DNA of 64,000 nucleotides, from the NCBI GenBank assembly GCA_963708295.1, contig CAVPSJ010000013.1, forward strand, positions 263,317 to 327,316. The letters are read 5' to 3'. Below the pieces are notes generated by a model, which saw nothing but the letters and a program-made list of their open reading frames with translations, was not told the DNA's origin and did not search any database. This DNA comes from an uncultured delta proteobacterium. Its GTDB lineage: Bacteria; Desulfobacterota; BSN033; UBA1163. Below are positions 1 through 11,130 of this stretch, one piece after another; within the stretch, counting starts at the first letter, position 1, and the number at the start of each line of letters is the position of its first letter. The translations under genes and the position numbers were made by a program.

Positions 1-700
1 AACAGCTCAAGCTGCTTCGGGAGGGAGCCCGTCAGGAAGTCAGAGAGGCAAGCCAGGCGAAGCTGAAGGAGATGGAGGCGATCTTAGAACAGGAGAGGAC
101 TCGCCTTCAAAATGCAAAGATTGTCGCTCCTTTCCGAGGAGAGATCAGCCGAAAGTATGTGGATGCCGGAGCCTTGTCTCCGTCTCCTCCACTCCTCTGG
201 TGAGCCTTGTCCACACGGAGACCTTGAAGATCGTGGCCAATGTTCTGGAAAAAGATATCCCTCTTTTAAGAGCTGGAATGAAGGCGAAGATTCGAATCGA
301 ATCTTATCCGGAGAAGGTCTTTGAGGGGAGGGTGGAAAAGATCAATTCGGCGTTGGATCTTTCGACCCGCACGCTTCAGGCGGAGATCTATATTCCCAAC
401 CCGAGACCGATCTCTCTAAAGCCGGGGATGTTCTGCAAATGTGGAAGTGGTCCTCTTGGAAAAGCCTCAGACGCTGGTCATCCCGAGAGAAGCGATCCTG
501 GAAGCAGGAAATGAGATGTCCGTTTTTGTGGTTGAAGGGAAACAAGGCCGTTCGGAGGCCCATCACGATTGGTTATGAACAGGAACGAATGGTGGAAGTC
601 CTTAAGGGTTTGAATGAAGGAGACCAGGTGGTGATCAAGGGGCAGCAGATTGATCAAAGAGGGGTTCGCCGTCCGGGTCGTTGAAGGAGAGTTAGAGTCT
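1..700 (+). CDS. RND efflux periplasmic adaptor (MFP) subunit, 5'-truncated, several frameshifts
   Basis: Joined frames read ...RLQNAKIVAPFRGEISRKYVDAG...GRVEKINSALDLSTRTLQAE...LKPGMF...VEVLKGLNEGDQVVIKGQQ, typical MFP motifs, directly upstream of an AcrB-type gene. The end coordinate is approximate. Confidence 0.85.
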
Positions 701-3700
701 ATGGATCTCATCAGAGGTTCCCTGAAGAATCCCGTCGCCCGGTTTATGATGGCCATCGGGATTATCCTCCTTGGAATGATTGCCTTTCAGCATCTTGCCA
801 TTGATCTCTTTCCTGACATTTCCTACCCTATTATTTCCGTCTCAACCGAATATGAAGGGGCCAGTCCTGAGGACATTGAGATTACCCTTACGAGACCTAT
901 CGAGAAACGGTTAAGCCGAATCCAAAATGTCCGTTACATCTCATCCCGGTCCAGGGAAGGGATTTCTAACGTCATTGTTGAATTCTATTGGGGGGCAAAC
1001 CTCGATGTCGCCGCTACGGATATCCAACAGGCCCTGAGCCAAATCAAGCATCACTTTCCTGAAGAGGCCAAGGAGTCCGTCATCTACAAATTTGATCCCT
1101 CCTCCATCTCCGTCCTTACTCTTTCTGTCAAGGGCCCGATGGATGAATTCCGACTAAGGGAGTTGGCCGAGGACTTCATTGCCCCAAGGCTGGAGAGCCT
1201 GAAGGGAGTGGCTTCTGCCAATGTCGGGGGCGGGAAGATCCGTGAAATACAGGTAGATCTCGATCGCAGAAAACTGGAGGGGTTAAACCTTTCCATCGAC
1301 AAAGTTTCGGAGGCTGTAAAGGCTGGGCCATAAGGATCTTCCAGGGGGAAGCCTCAAGGGAGAGAAGATGGATTACATGGTCCGGACCCTCGGTCGAACC
1401 GGGGAATTTAAGGACATCGAGGAGATTGTTGTTCAGCAGCATAATGGGGTTCCTGTCCGTATCAGGGATGTCGGAAAAGTGGTCGATGGATTTGAGGATG
1501 CCCAGACCGAGGTCCATGTCAACGGCACGAGAGGGGTCATCATCAACATCCTGAAACAGATCGGTGGTAACACGGTTTCCACGGTCGACAATGTCTTAAA
1601 GGCACTGCCCCAGATTCAGAAGGAGCTCCCCAAAGGGATCACCATTGAGGTCATCTCGGACCAATCCACTTTTATTCGAAAATCGATTAAGAATCTCCAG
1701 CACGAGGCGATCATGGGCGCCATCCTGGCTGTCGCAATTATCCTGATCTTTCTCGGGAGCGGGACGAGCACCTTGATCATCGCCCACTCGATTCCCATCT
1801 CCATCGTGTCCACTTTTGTGCTCCTCTATTTTGGGAACTTTTCATTAAACATCATGACCCTTGGAGGCCTGGCGCTCGGTGTCGGCCGCCTGGTGGACGA
1901 TGCCATCGTCGTCCTTGAGAATATCAACCGCCATATTGAGATGGGGGATCCTCCTGAAGAGGCTTCTTACAAAGGGGCAAAGGAAGTGAGCACCCCGGTG
2001 ATTGCAGCAACCATCACCAGCATCATCGTCTTTATCCCGCTGGCTTTTGTGAAAGGAGTTGCCGCGTTACTGTTTCTCCAGATGGCCTACACGGTTGCCT
2101 TTTCGCTTCTTGCTTCCCTTTTCGATTCGCTGACGCTTGTGCCCGTTTTGACGGCTAAGTTCCTCCGGCCCAGAAAAGATTCGAAGAAAGTTCCGTGGAC
2201 CCAGAAGGTCTTCCAGAAAACGCGACCCTTTTTCCTCTGGGTAGATCAGCATTACCAGTCCCTTCTGGATTTATCCCTATCCCATCGAATAGTCGTCATC
2301 GTAGGGGTCGTTGTGGATTTTCTTCGGAACCCTTCCTCTCATCTCCTTCATCGGGACGGAATTCTTCCCGTCGACCGATGAGGGGCAGCTCAGGATGGCG
2401 ATACGTCTTCCCGTGGGCGTGTCGCTTAATGAAACGGTAAAGGTGGTGAATCAGGTAGAGAACATCATCTTTGAGGACGTCCCAGAACTGAAGTCCCTCT
2501 GGTCCAGGTCAGGGTCAGGCATGGGGGCGAATGTCATCTTCAGCGGCCGATTTGCAGGCCCCCATACCGCCAACGCATCAACTGATGCTGGTCGACCAGT
2601 CGGAGAGGGGCCGATCGTCGGATATGGTTGCCCGCTCGCTGAGGGAAAGGATAAGAGAGATTCCAGGGGCGACGTTCTCCATCTATCCGGGTGGTCTTGT
2701 GACCCGAATTATTACTTTCGGGAATGATGACCCAATTGATGTGGAGGTTCTCGGATACGAGTTGACAACGGGAAGCCGGTTAGCCAAAGAGGTCGAAGGA
2801 TACCTTAAAGAGGTCCGGGGGGTTACCGACATCCAGGTCGGCCGGGAGGATGGCCTTCCGGAGTACCAGGTTCGAGTCCGCCAGGACCGTGCAGCAGCGC
2901 TCGGGTTGACAACCTCACGGGTCGCAGCAGTGGTCAGGCATGCCATTGAGGGGGACGAGTCGGCCATCTTCGTCGATCCAAAGACTGGCCGGGAGCACTA
3001 TGTCAGGGTCCGTCTCAGAGAAGAGGACAGAAAACGTCCAGAAGATCTAGCGCGGCTTCCCCTGCCTGTTTCAGGAAACAGGATCGCCGCTCTTGAAAAC
3101 GTGGTTGAAGTGAAGCATATCCTTTCTCCGATCCAGCTGGAGCGGAAATATCAGCAGCGAGTCATCCATGTGACGGCAAATACGAGCGGAAGAGACCTCG
3201 GCTCCATTGCGGCTGAGATCGAGAAAAAGATTTCTCAGATGAAGATTCCTGAAGGGTTTACCGTAAGCCTCAAGGGGGCTCGACTCGAGCAGCAAGATGC
3301 CTTCCGGAATCTTGTCTTTGCTTTGGCCCTTGCCATCCTCCTGGTTTATATGGTCCTTGCCTCCCAGTTTGCTTCACTGCTGCACCCATTCCTGATTATG
3401 TTCTCGGTCCCCTTAGGTTTTATTGGGGTCATCTGGGCCCTCTTCGTTACGGGGAATACGCTGAGCGTGGTCTCCTTCATCGGGATCATCATGATGGTTG
3501 GGATCGTTGTGAGCAATGCCATCATCCTGGTCGATTACATCAATCGTCTCCGAAAAGAACAAGGATTCGAGCTGAAAGAAGCCGTGGTTCAGGCGGGAAG
3601 AATTCGTCTCCGGCCAATTCTAATGACTACCCTCACAACCATTTGCGGACTGATTCCGATGGCCCTGGGATTGGGAGAAGGTGCAGAAGCCAACGCTTCG

Positions 3701-3841
3701 TTGGCCATCGCGGTGATCGGAGGACTGTCGGTTTCCACGGTCCTCACGCTGGTCTTCGTCCCCACACTCTATTTCATCGCTGAGAGCTGGAGAGTCTCCC
3801 GAAGAAAGAATTCGGGCGGCGGTTTGCAGACTTCAGATTGA
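701..3841 (+). CDS. AcrB/AcrD/AcrF-family RND transporter, split by about 3 frameshifts (~1330, ~2315, ~2580)
   Basis: Consecutive ORF pieces carry LAIDLFPDI, GRLVDDAIVVLENI, GIVVSNAIILVDY and RLRPILMTTLTT; the joined length is about 1040 aa. Confidence 0.93.
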
Positions 3842-3846
3842 AAAAT

Positions 3847-4941
3847 ATGGAGCCCAAAATCTCAAATTTGAAATCGAGTTCTGTGATTCAACGTAGGAAA
3901 ACCCGTCAAATTTCGATTGGCCCTGTAAGAATTGGAGGGGATGCACCGATCTCTGTCCAATCGATGACCAAGACCGATACAAGAGACATCGGGAAGACCG
4001 TGCGTCAAATTCGGCTTCTCGAAGAGTCAGGCTGCGAAATCATCCGGGTCGCCGTTGTGGATGAAGAAGCGGCCCGGGCGATCGCCGAGATAAAGAAAAA
4101 AATTCGGATTCCCCTCATTGCAGACATCCACTTCCATTCACAGTTGGCTCTGAGGGCCATCGAGTCAGGAGCGGATGCCCTTCGTATCAATCCCGGGAAT
4201 ATTGGAGGAAAGGACCGTCTGCGATCCGTTGTCACCGCAGCAAAAAATCGTTCCGTTGCAATCCGAATAGGAGTGAATTCCGGGTCTTTGGAGAAAGACC
4301 TTTTGAAACGATTTGGGGGAGCCACCCCCGAAGCGATGGTTTCAAGCGCTTTGCGCACGATCGAATGGATAGAGGATCTCGGATTTCATCTGATGAAAGT
4401 TTCTTTGAAGGCTTCGGATGTTTTGCGAACGGTGGAAGCCTACCGGCTGTTTTCAAAAAACTCAGATTATCCACTCCATCTGGGCGTGACGGAAGCGGGA
4501 AAAGGATCTGCCGCTGTTGTTAAATCCTCCATCGGGATCGGGCTTTTGCTCAGCGAGGGCATCGGAGATACGCTACGGGTTTCATTGACCGGGGACCCCG
4601 TGGAAGAGGTTCGCGTTGGCTACGAAATACTGAGGGCTTTGGATATTCGCAAACGAGGTGTTGAGATCATCTCCTGTCCCACCTGTGGGCGCTGCAATGT
4701 CGATCTGGGACCGCTTGTGGCAAAAGTGGAACGAGGGGTTAAAAAGATCTCCAAACCGCTTACAGTGGCAATGATGGGCTGTGTCGTGAATGGACCGGGC
4801 GAGGCCAAAGAGGCCGACATTGGCATTGCAGGGGGGAAGGGAGTGGGAGTCCTTTTTAGGAAAGGAGTAGTGGTCAGAAATCTGAAAGAAAAGGATTTTG
4901 TTTCAGTGTTGTTGAAAGAAATCGAAGAAATGACCAGATGA
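3847..4941 (+). CDS. ispG: (E)-4-hydroxy-3-methylbut-2-enyl-diphosphate synthase
   Basis: ISVQSMT, ADIHF, RINPGNIG, GIGDTLRVSLT, SCPTCGR and MGCVVNGPGEA motifs. Confidence 0.97.
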   Translation: MEPKISNLKSSSVIQRRKTRQISIGPVRIGGDAPISVQSMTKTDTRDIGKTVRQIRLLEESGCEIIRVAVVDEEAARAIAEIKKKIRIPLIADIHFHSQLALRAIESGADALRINPGNIGGKDRLRSVVTAAKNRSVAIRIGVNSGSLEKDLLKRFGGATPEAMVSSALRTIEWIEDLGFHLMKVSLKASDVLRTVEAYRLFSKNSDYPLHLGVTEAGKGSAAVVKSSIGIGLLLSEGIGDTLRVSLTGDPVEEVRVGYEILRALDIRKRGVEIISCPTCGRCNVDLGPLVAKVERGVKKISKPLTVAMMGCVVNGPGEAKEADIGIAGGKGVGVLFRKGVVVRNLKEKDFVSVLLKEIEEMTR

Positions 4942-4949
4942 AGACAGAA

Positions 4950-5037
4950 AACCAAATCTCAAAACCAAAATATCAAATGAATATCAACGTTCAAACCCCA
5001 AGAATATTTGGCATTTAGAATTTGGATTTCATTTGGT
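4950..5037. repeat. Short imperfect heptamer-type inverted repeat element (AAATCTC/AAATATC ... TTTGGCATTT/TTTGGATTT)
   Basis: A-rich short repeats followed by complementary T-rich repeats between convergent genes; may act as a bidirectional terminator. Confidence 0.45.
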
Positions 5038-5039
5038 TC

Positions 5040-5621
5040 TTAAGGCGAGTGAAGCTTCTTCCATACGTAAAAGATTCGCTGGAGTACAGTGAAATGGGTG
5101 AAGATGGCTAGGATCCAGAGAACAGGCTCCATGCATTGGAAGAGGGCCCCGATAGAGAGAAGGATAATCCGTTCGGCCCTTTCCATGAGCCCGACGGGGC
5201 ATGGGACTTGCAAAGCCTCCGCCTTGGCTCTGACGTAGGGGATGAGCACCGTCCCCATACTGGCAAAAGAAGTAAGGAGGACGAGACCGGAATTTTCTTT
5301 CCTTAAGCCATCGATCAGGAGGGCAAGAAGCAGAAGGAGGTCCGAATATCGATCTAGGACGGAATCTAAGAACCCTCCGAAGGCCGTCACCTTCCCCAGT
5401 TTTCTGGCGGCCACGCCATCAAAAAGGTCAAACAGACCTGAAAGGATGATCGCCAGCCCTGCAAGCAACCAAAACCCCTTCAGGATAAGAAAAGAGGCAG
5501 CAAGGGTTGCGAAAAAACCCAAGAAAGTGAAGAAATTGGGATTTGTATGTTTTCCTGAAATATTTTTAAGGATAGAGTAGAGGTAAGGGTCGAGCCGATG
5601 TCCAATTTTGTTGCCGATCAT
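5040..5621 (-). CDS. CDP-alcohol phosphatidyltransferase family protein (PIP-synthase/PgsA-like)
   Basis: Signature DLFDGVAAR...FGGFLDSVLDRYSD plus YVRAKAE and GLMERAER; ATG at 5621 is the more likely start. Confidence 0.9.
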   Translation of the reverse strand: MIGNKIGHRLDPYLYSILKNISGKHTNPNFFTFLGFFATLAASFLILKGFWLLAGLAIILSGLFDLFDGVAARKLGKVTAFGGFLDSVLDRYSDLLLLLALLIDGLRKENSGLVLLTSFASMGTVLIPYVRAKAEALQVPCPVGLMERAERIILLSIGALFQCMEPVLWILAIFTHFTVLQRIFYVWKKLHSP

Positions 5622-5739
5622 CTTCCGATATAGATTATCCTGATGCGATTTTTTAAACGACAAGATAACATTTCTGAAAGAAAAGTCAACCACGAGGGTA
5701 AAACGAACCTGTCATTCCAATAGGTTAAGGAGGATTCTT

Positions 5740-6633
5740 ATGACAACCCCTGTAGTGTCCATGACTGAGTTCAAATCTCTGACCTTGAAGGGGAGGGGGA
5801 AGGTGAGGGACATTTATGATCTAGGGGATCAGCTTCTCATCGTCGCCACCGATCGAATATCGGCCTTCGATGTAGTCATGCCCAACCCGATTCCGGATAA
5901 AGGAAAGATACTGACCCAATTATCCAAATTCTGGTTCGACCTGACAAAGCAGATTGTTCCCAATCATATCCTTTCCACAGAGGTGGAAGACTATCCAAGA
6001 GAGTGTGAACCTTATCGGGAATTATTGATGAGTCGCTCCATGCTCGTGGTGAAAACGGAAGTCCTTCCAATCGAGTGTGTGGTCAGGGGTTACCTTTCGG
6101 GTTCGGGCTGGGAGGAATATCGGAAGACAGGGGAGGTCTGCGGTGTCCGGTTGCCCAAGGGATTGCAGGAGTCTTCAAAGCTGGAGGAACCGATCTTTAC
6201 CCCGGCGACCAAAGCTGAGATGGGACTCCATGACGAGAATATTACGTTCGAGAAAGTTGAGAAAGAGGTCGGAAAGGATCTGGCCCGAAATGTGAGATCC
6301 ATTACACTGGCCGTCTATAAAAAAGCAAGAGATTTTGCCGAGGCTAAGGGAATCCTGATCGCAGATACGAAAATGGAGTTCGGGGTGAAAGGGGGAAAAC
6401 TCATTTTGATCGATGAGCTCCTCACTCCAGATTCCTCCCGATTCTGGCCCAAGGACGACTATCGACCCGACGGCCCGCAGAAGAGTTTTGATAAACAGTT
6501 TTTGAGAGATTATCTTCTTTCCATCCGTTGGGACAAGAACCCGCCAGCTCCTCAATTACCGGAAGAAATTGTTCAAAAGACACGAGAAAAATACCTCGAA
6601 GCCTACGAGCGGCTGGTAGGAAGATCTCTGTAA
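5740..6633 (+). CDS. purC: SAICAR synthase
   Basis: [56 protein letters not shown]; RBS AGGAGG. Confidence 0.97.
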   Translation: MTTPVVSMTEFKSLTLKGRGKVRDIYDLGDQLLIVATDRISAFDVVMPNPIPDKGKILTQLSKFWFDLTKQIVPNHILSTEVEDYPRECEPYRELLMSRSMLVVKTEVLPIECVVRGYLSGSGWEEYRKTGEVCGVRLPKGLQESSKLEEPIFTPATKAEMGLHDENITFEKVEKEVGKDLARNVRSITLAVYKKARDFAEAKGILIADTKMEFGVKGGKLILIDELLTPDSSRFWPKDDYRPDGPQKSFDKQFLRDYLLSIRWDKNPPAPQLPEEIVQKTREKYLEAYERLVGRSL

Positions 6634-6831
6634 AGAGGGTCATCACTCGAAGGACGTTGGAGTTTACGGCGGCAGCAACACATCATCGCGACAGACGTAA
6701 ACGATAACACCGGTCGTGGATTGGCTGACATTGCCCCCTGGAGCGCTTCCGCGGACAGGCACGTTCTTCGGGGGGCGATGGCAAATTGAAATCTGTTTTA
6801 AGCGTTCACTTACGAGCCCCGAGAGACAAAA

Positions 6832-8220
6832 ATGGGAGATCGATCGGCCAAAAGAATTACGTTATTTGTTGTCACCTTGGCGGCTTTTCTCACGCCTTTT
6901 GATGGATCGGCGGTCAATATCGCGCTCCCTTCGATCGGCAAGGAATTCTCGATGGATGCCGTCTCTCTGGGCTGGGTTGCGACGGCGTACCTTCTAGCCT
7001 CCGCGATGTTTCTTGTCCCCTTTGGGAGGATTGCGGATATCTATGGCAGAAAAAAAATCTTTATACTTGGATTACTGATATTTACCGCGGCGTCGTTTTC
7101 CATGGGACTTTGCGGGTCGAGCGCAATGCTCATTTGCCTTCGGATCTTTCAAGGCTTCGGATCTGCAATGATCTTTGGCACCGGGGTCGCTCTTTTAATC
7201 TCGGTCTTTCCTGCCCAGGAGAGGGGCAAAGCCCTGGGGATAAACGTCGCTGCCGTTTATCTGGGTTTATCCGGCGGCCCTTTCTTGGGGGGACTTCTGA
7301 CATCGCACTTCGGCTGGAGAAGCATTTTCTTGGTCAACATCCCTTTAGGGTTGCTGGCGGCGGCTTTGGTTTCCCTCAAGTTAAAAGAAGAATGGGCTGA
7401 AGCCAAAGGTGAGAAGTTTGACCTGTCCGGTTCCATCATTTACTGCCTTGGCTTGATCGCAATCATCTACGGCTTTTCAAGTTTCTCGCGTTGGGGGGCG
7501 GTGGCAAGCTCAGGTCTCATTCTCTTGGGCGCCTCAGGCATTTTCGCATTCATTGCATGGGAGACGAAGGTGAAAAACCCTATTCTAAATATAGATCTAT
7601 TCAGAGGGAACAGAGTCTTCGTTTTGTCAAATCTGGCCGCGTTCATTCATTATAGCGCCACCTTTGCGGTCGCCTTTTTTCTAAGCCTTTACTTGCAGTA
7701 TATTAAGAACCTCGACCCCCAGAGTGCGGGGACGATCCTTGTATTTCAACCCGTGGTGATGGCTGTTTGTTCGCCTTTTGCAGGGAGGCTTTCGGACAGA
7801 ATTGAACCGCGAATCGTAGCGTCCATGGGGATGGCATTGACTGCGGCAGGACTTTTCCTCCTTGCCGTCTTGCAGGGAAACACCCCGTTGGGGTTTGTCG
7901 TTGCAGATTTGATCCTTCTTGGTCTCGGCTTTGCCCTTTTTTCCTCTCCGAATACCAATGCCGTGATGAGTTCTGTTGAGAAGAAATTTTACGGAGTGGC
8001 TTCGGGAACCCTCGGAACGATGCGGTTGACTGGACAAATGCTCAGCATGGGAATAGCGATGTTGATCTTTGCTGTCCACATCGGACACATACAGATTACG
8101 CCTGAATATTTTCCCCTTCTTTTGAGAAGCACGAGATCGGCATTTATTTTGTTTGGGATTTTTTGTACGGGCGGTATTTTTGCATCGCTAGCCCGAGGCA
8201 AAGTTCACTCGGAGCATTAG
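6832..8220 (+). CDS. MFS drug:H+ antiporter (DHA2, EmrB/QacA-like)
   Basis: VNIALPSI, GRIADIYGRKK, GWRSIFLVNIP and many hydrophobic segments. Confidence 0.9.
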   Translation: MGDRSAKRITLFVVTLAAFLTPFDGSAVNIALPSIGKEFSMDAVSLGWVATAYLLASAMFLVPFGRIADIYGRKKIFILGLLIFTAASFSMGLCGSSAMLICLRIFQGFGSAMIFGTGVALLISVFPAQERGKALGINVAAVYLGLSGGPFLGGLLTSHFGWRSIFLVNIPLGLLAAALVSLKLKEEWAEAKGEKFDLSGSIIYCLGLIAIIYGFSSFSRWGAVASSGLILLGASGIFAFIAWETKVKNPILNIDLFRGNRVFVLSNLAAFIHYSATFAVAFFLSLYLQYIKNLDPQSAGTILVFQPVVMAVCSPFAGRLSDRIEPRIVASMGMALTAAGLFLLAVLQGNTPLGFVVADLILLGLGFALFSSPNTNAVMSSVEKKFYGVASGTLGTMRLTGQMLSMGIAMLIFAVHIGHIQITPEYFPLLLRSTRSAFILFGIFCTGGIFASLARGKVHSEH

Positions 8221-8439
8221 ATCCATTTCAAATCAGCTATTCAGCTTTTTCAAACCTGATGAAAAATTCATCAAACCTCCTCAAAACATCCAGCCCCACC
8301 TAGGGTTACTGCCGGTTCGCCCAACATTTGGCCGGCGATCGTTGGGCCCTGCCAATCGAAATAAGGGTTGTAGTGCCTGGTTCCTGTCCTATCTTGACGC
8401 GGTGAGAAGAGATTCACCCGTTCTGGGCAGTGTAGAATT

Positions 8440-8453
8440 GTCGGTAAATTGAC
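8440..8453 (+). promoter_or_regulatory. Putative enhancer-binding-protein site (FleQ-box-like) GTCGGTAAATTGAC
   Basis: Matches the GTCaNTAAAtTGAC FleQ consensus at 13 of 14 positions and lies about 135 bp upstream of a sigma54 promoter. Confidence 0.5.
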
Positions 8454-8586
8454 AAAATTTTGATTCTATCGGAGAAATCGAGCCACCTCTATTCGCCCCA
8501 GTCTTCTGAGTTTTCCTCTATTTTTTCCCTTAGATTTCAAGAAGATCTGGCTCAAGCGACATCAAATGTTTGCTGTATTTGACACT

Positions 8587-8603
8587 TTGGCATTCGTTTT
8601 GCT
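8587..8603 (+). promoter_or_regulatory. sigma54 (-24/-12) promoter TTGGCATTCGTTTTGCT
   Basis: GG-N10-GC in a TGGCA/TTGCT context, about 57 bp before the HD-GYP start codon. Confidence 0.75.
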
Positions 8604-8659
8604 CACTGTCATAGATGGAATTTTTTCCTTTATAATTAACAATACGGGGAATTCTTAAT

Positions 8660-10012
8660 ATGTTTCGAACCATTAGGTTCAAGCTATCCCTTTTTGTCTT
8701 CATCCTCCTCATATTTGCCACAGCTGTATTCTTTATTGCCACGATTAAGACCCTGGATCAGGTTATTCGCAACGAGATTATCAAAAGGGCGGAATCTCTA
8801 AGCAAAAGCTCTGCCGCGTCGGCAGCCTACAACCTGATCTCAGGGGATGTATTGGGTATGGATCATCTTGTCTTTAAAGGAAAGAAATCGAACACAGATG
8901 TGGAGTATATCGCTGTCATTGACACCCGAATGAATGTCATAGCCCATAGCGACATCAAAAGAAGGGGAGAGATTCTAAAGGGGGGGGAAGGAACGTTTTC
9001 AAGGAAGGATGGGGACGAGACGATTGTAAAAGAAATTTCGCTTTCCTCCGGAAGATCCTTTGAGATCTCTACCCCGATTGTTTTTAAGGGTAGAGTATTG
9101 GGAATGGTTGTGGTCGGAGTGAACCAATCCGTCCTTTTAGAGGCCCAGCGGGTAGCCCGTCGGCGGATTTTCTTGATGTTCACGGTCGTCCTATTCATGG
9201 GTCTCATCGGTATTCTAGGGTTATCCTCCTTTATTACGAAACCGATCAAAGAACTCTCCGAGGGGATGGAAGGACTCAAGGGAGGGAAAGGAGCAAGACC
9301 TCTCAGGGTTTACTCAAGGGATGAGCTTGGAAAATTGACACAAAGCTTTAACAAAATGAGCGCCCTGATTACGGATCAAAAAAAGGAACTGTTTAGATAT
9401 ACTCAAGAGCTGGAGGAAGCCTATGTCTCGATCCTGAGGGTCCTGGCCATGGCCATCGACGCCCGGGATTCTTATACACTGGGTCATTCCGCGCGAGTCG
9501 CTTTGCATTCGTTGATGATCGGTGAAGAAATTGGTCTTACAAAAAACGAACTTGAAGAGCTTGAAATCGCTTCTCTTTTTCATGATGTGGGAAAGCTCAA
9601 AACCCCTGATGCTATCCTATTTAAAAGCAAGTCTCTGAACTCGACAGAATATGATGAGATCAGGCACCATCCGGAGGATGGTGCGGAAATCCTGAAGAAA
9701 GTAAAATCGCTCCAGAAATATGTTGAGCCGGTAAAGCATCATCATGAGTATTACAACGGGGAAGGATACCCCGATGGATTGGATGGAGACGGAATTCCAC
9801 TTCACGCAGCAATTATCTCCATCGCAGACACCTACGATGCCATGACTTCAACGAGACCTTACAGAAAGGCCCTCTCAAAAGAAGAAGCCTGCATGGAATT
9901 GGAAAGGGGAGCCGGAAAACAGTTTCACCCCGAATTGGTCAAGGCTTTTCTAAGGGCGTTAAAGCATGGGGGACAACCGTCGCTTCATCCTTATCTCACA
10001 AAAGTGATATGA
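8660..10012 (+). CDS. Membrane HAMP + HD-GYP cyclic dinucleotide phosphodiesterase
   Basis: Two TM helices around a periplasmic domain, HAMP (DELGKLTQSFNKM), then HSARV, HDVGK, HHEYYNGEGYP, IADTYDAM and RPYR. Confidence 0.92.
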   Translation: MFRTIRFKLSLFVFILLIFATAVFFIATIKTLDQVIRNEIIKRAESLSKSSAASAAYNLISGDVLGMDHLVFKGKKSNTDVEYIAVIDTRMNVIAHSDIKRRGEILKGGEGTFSRKDGDETIVKEISLSSGRSFEISTPIVFKGRVLGMVVVGVNQSVLLEAQRVARRRIFLMFTVVLFMGLIGILGLSSFITKPIKELSEGMEGLKGGKGARPLRVYSRDELGKLTQSFNKMSALITDQKKELFRYTQELEEAYVSILRVLAMAIDARDSYTLGHSARVALHSLMIGEEIGLTKNELEELEIASLFHDVGKLKTPDAILFKSKSLNSTEYDEIRHHPEDGAEILKKVKSLQKYVEPVKHHHEYYNGEGYPDGLDGDGIPLHAAIISIADTYDAMTSTRPYRKALSKEEACMELERGAGKQFHPELVKAFLRALKHGGQPSLHPYLTKVI

Positions 10013-10954
10013 CAAGAGATTCGCAAAAAAGAGTCATACTCTTCCTGGGGATTTTTTCGCTTCTGTACCTTTCTTCCTGCGGCTGGTTTAGGAAAGAGCA
10101 GAGAGAACAGGTACCGAAAGAGCAGGAGAAAGTAAGAGCAAGTGGAGAGGGAGCAGGCACGGAAAGAACAGGTACGAAAACAGACGAACTATAACTATGT
10201 TGATAAGCAGGCTCGAATGGAAGTCCAGGCGGGGAACTTCCAAAGGGCCATCGACTTTTGGAAAGAAATCTATCGAGAATCTCCTCAGGACCTCAACCTC
10301 CAGAGCGGTTACGTCAAAACACTGGAGTCGATCAGGAGCAGGGGAGACTTAGCTTTTGAAACAAATGATTTCAGACTAGCGGATAAAATTTATGAGGTCT
10401 TGATGAGGAACTGGATGCATTTTTCAGAACTCAGTCCATTCCTTTCATTCAGGAAAGACTTTTTGGAGAAAAAGATAAAAACAAGCCGATGCCTCTTCAC
10501 CGAAGAACAAGTCTCCTTACACCTGAAAGCGGGCGAATTCCGGAAGGCCATTGATCTCTGTAAGGAGATGTATAAAAAATATCCCCAGGATTCCAACGTC
10601 CGAAGTGGCTACGTCAGAACACTGGAGTTGGTTAAAACCAGCGGGGACCGAGCCTTCACAGAGCGCAACTTCGCCCTGGCTGGATGTGTCTACGAAATCG
10701 TGTTGAGAAACATTTCTCCCGTGAACCGTTTGAATGGTTCCCTTTCTTTCAGCACGGACGGTTTGACTGCTAAGATTAGAAATTGTAGGAAGATTCTTTT
10801 TGAATTCGGACTCGAGCAGTATCGGTCTGGGAACCTGAATCAAGCCATCTTGCTATGGAAAAGCATCCTCGCCTTTGATCCTGAGAATCAAGAGATTAAA
10901 AAGGCAGTGGATATGGCGACCCTTCAGCATAGTAATCTTCAGAAAGCCAAATAA
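10009..10954 (+). CDS. TPR-like helical-repeat lipoprotein, frameshifted near 10140
   Basis: Lipobox LSSC in the first fragment; two ~70-aa internal repeats (AGxFxxAID...PQD...SGYVxTLE...GDxAF); C-terminal TPR-like helix pair; overlaps the HD-GYP stop. Confidence 0.7.
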
Positions 10955-11130
10955 TAATAAGAGTTGCCGCCGTCTTTTCTGCTCTTTTCAAGCTCTTTTC
11001 CTCCGTTAGAGAGATTCGATTCCACACCTCTCCTGGGTTTTCGTTAAGCCTCGGGAGAAACCGTCGAAAACTTCAGGCAGAAGCATTTTGAGAGCAAAGG
11101 CATTCCTGGCAGGAAATTCAGAGCCGGAAT

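Noticed and set aside
1-3841. Multiple frameshifts in the RND genes (also in the TPR lipoprotein, PilZ, modB, xdhC and both C25 genes) as pseudogenisation or programmed frameshifting
   Set aside because: The indels are single-base, scattered over unrelated genes and often in homopolymers, and the two C25 copies correct each other. This is best explained by long-read consensus error.
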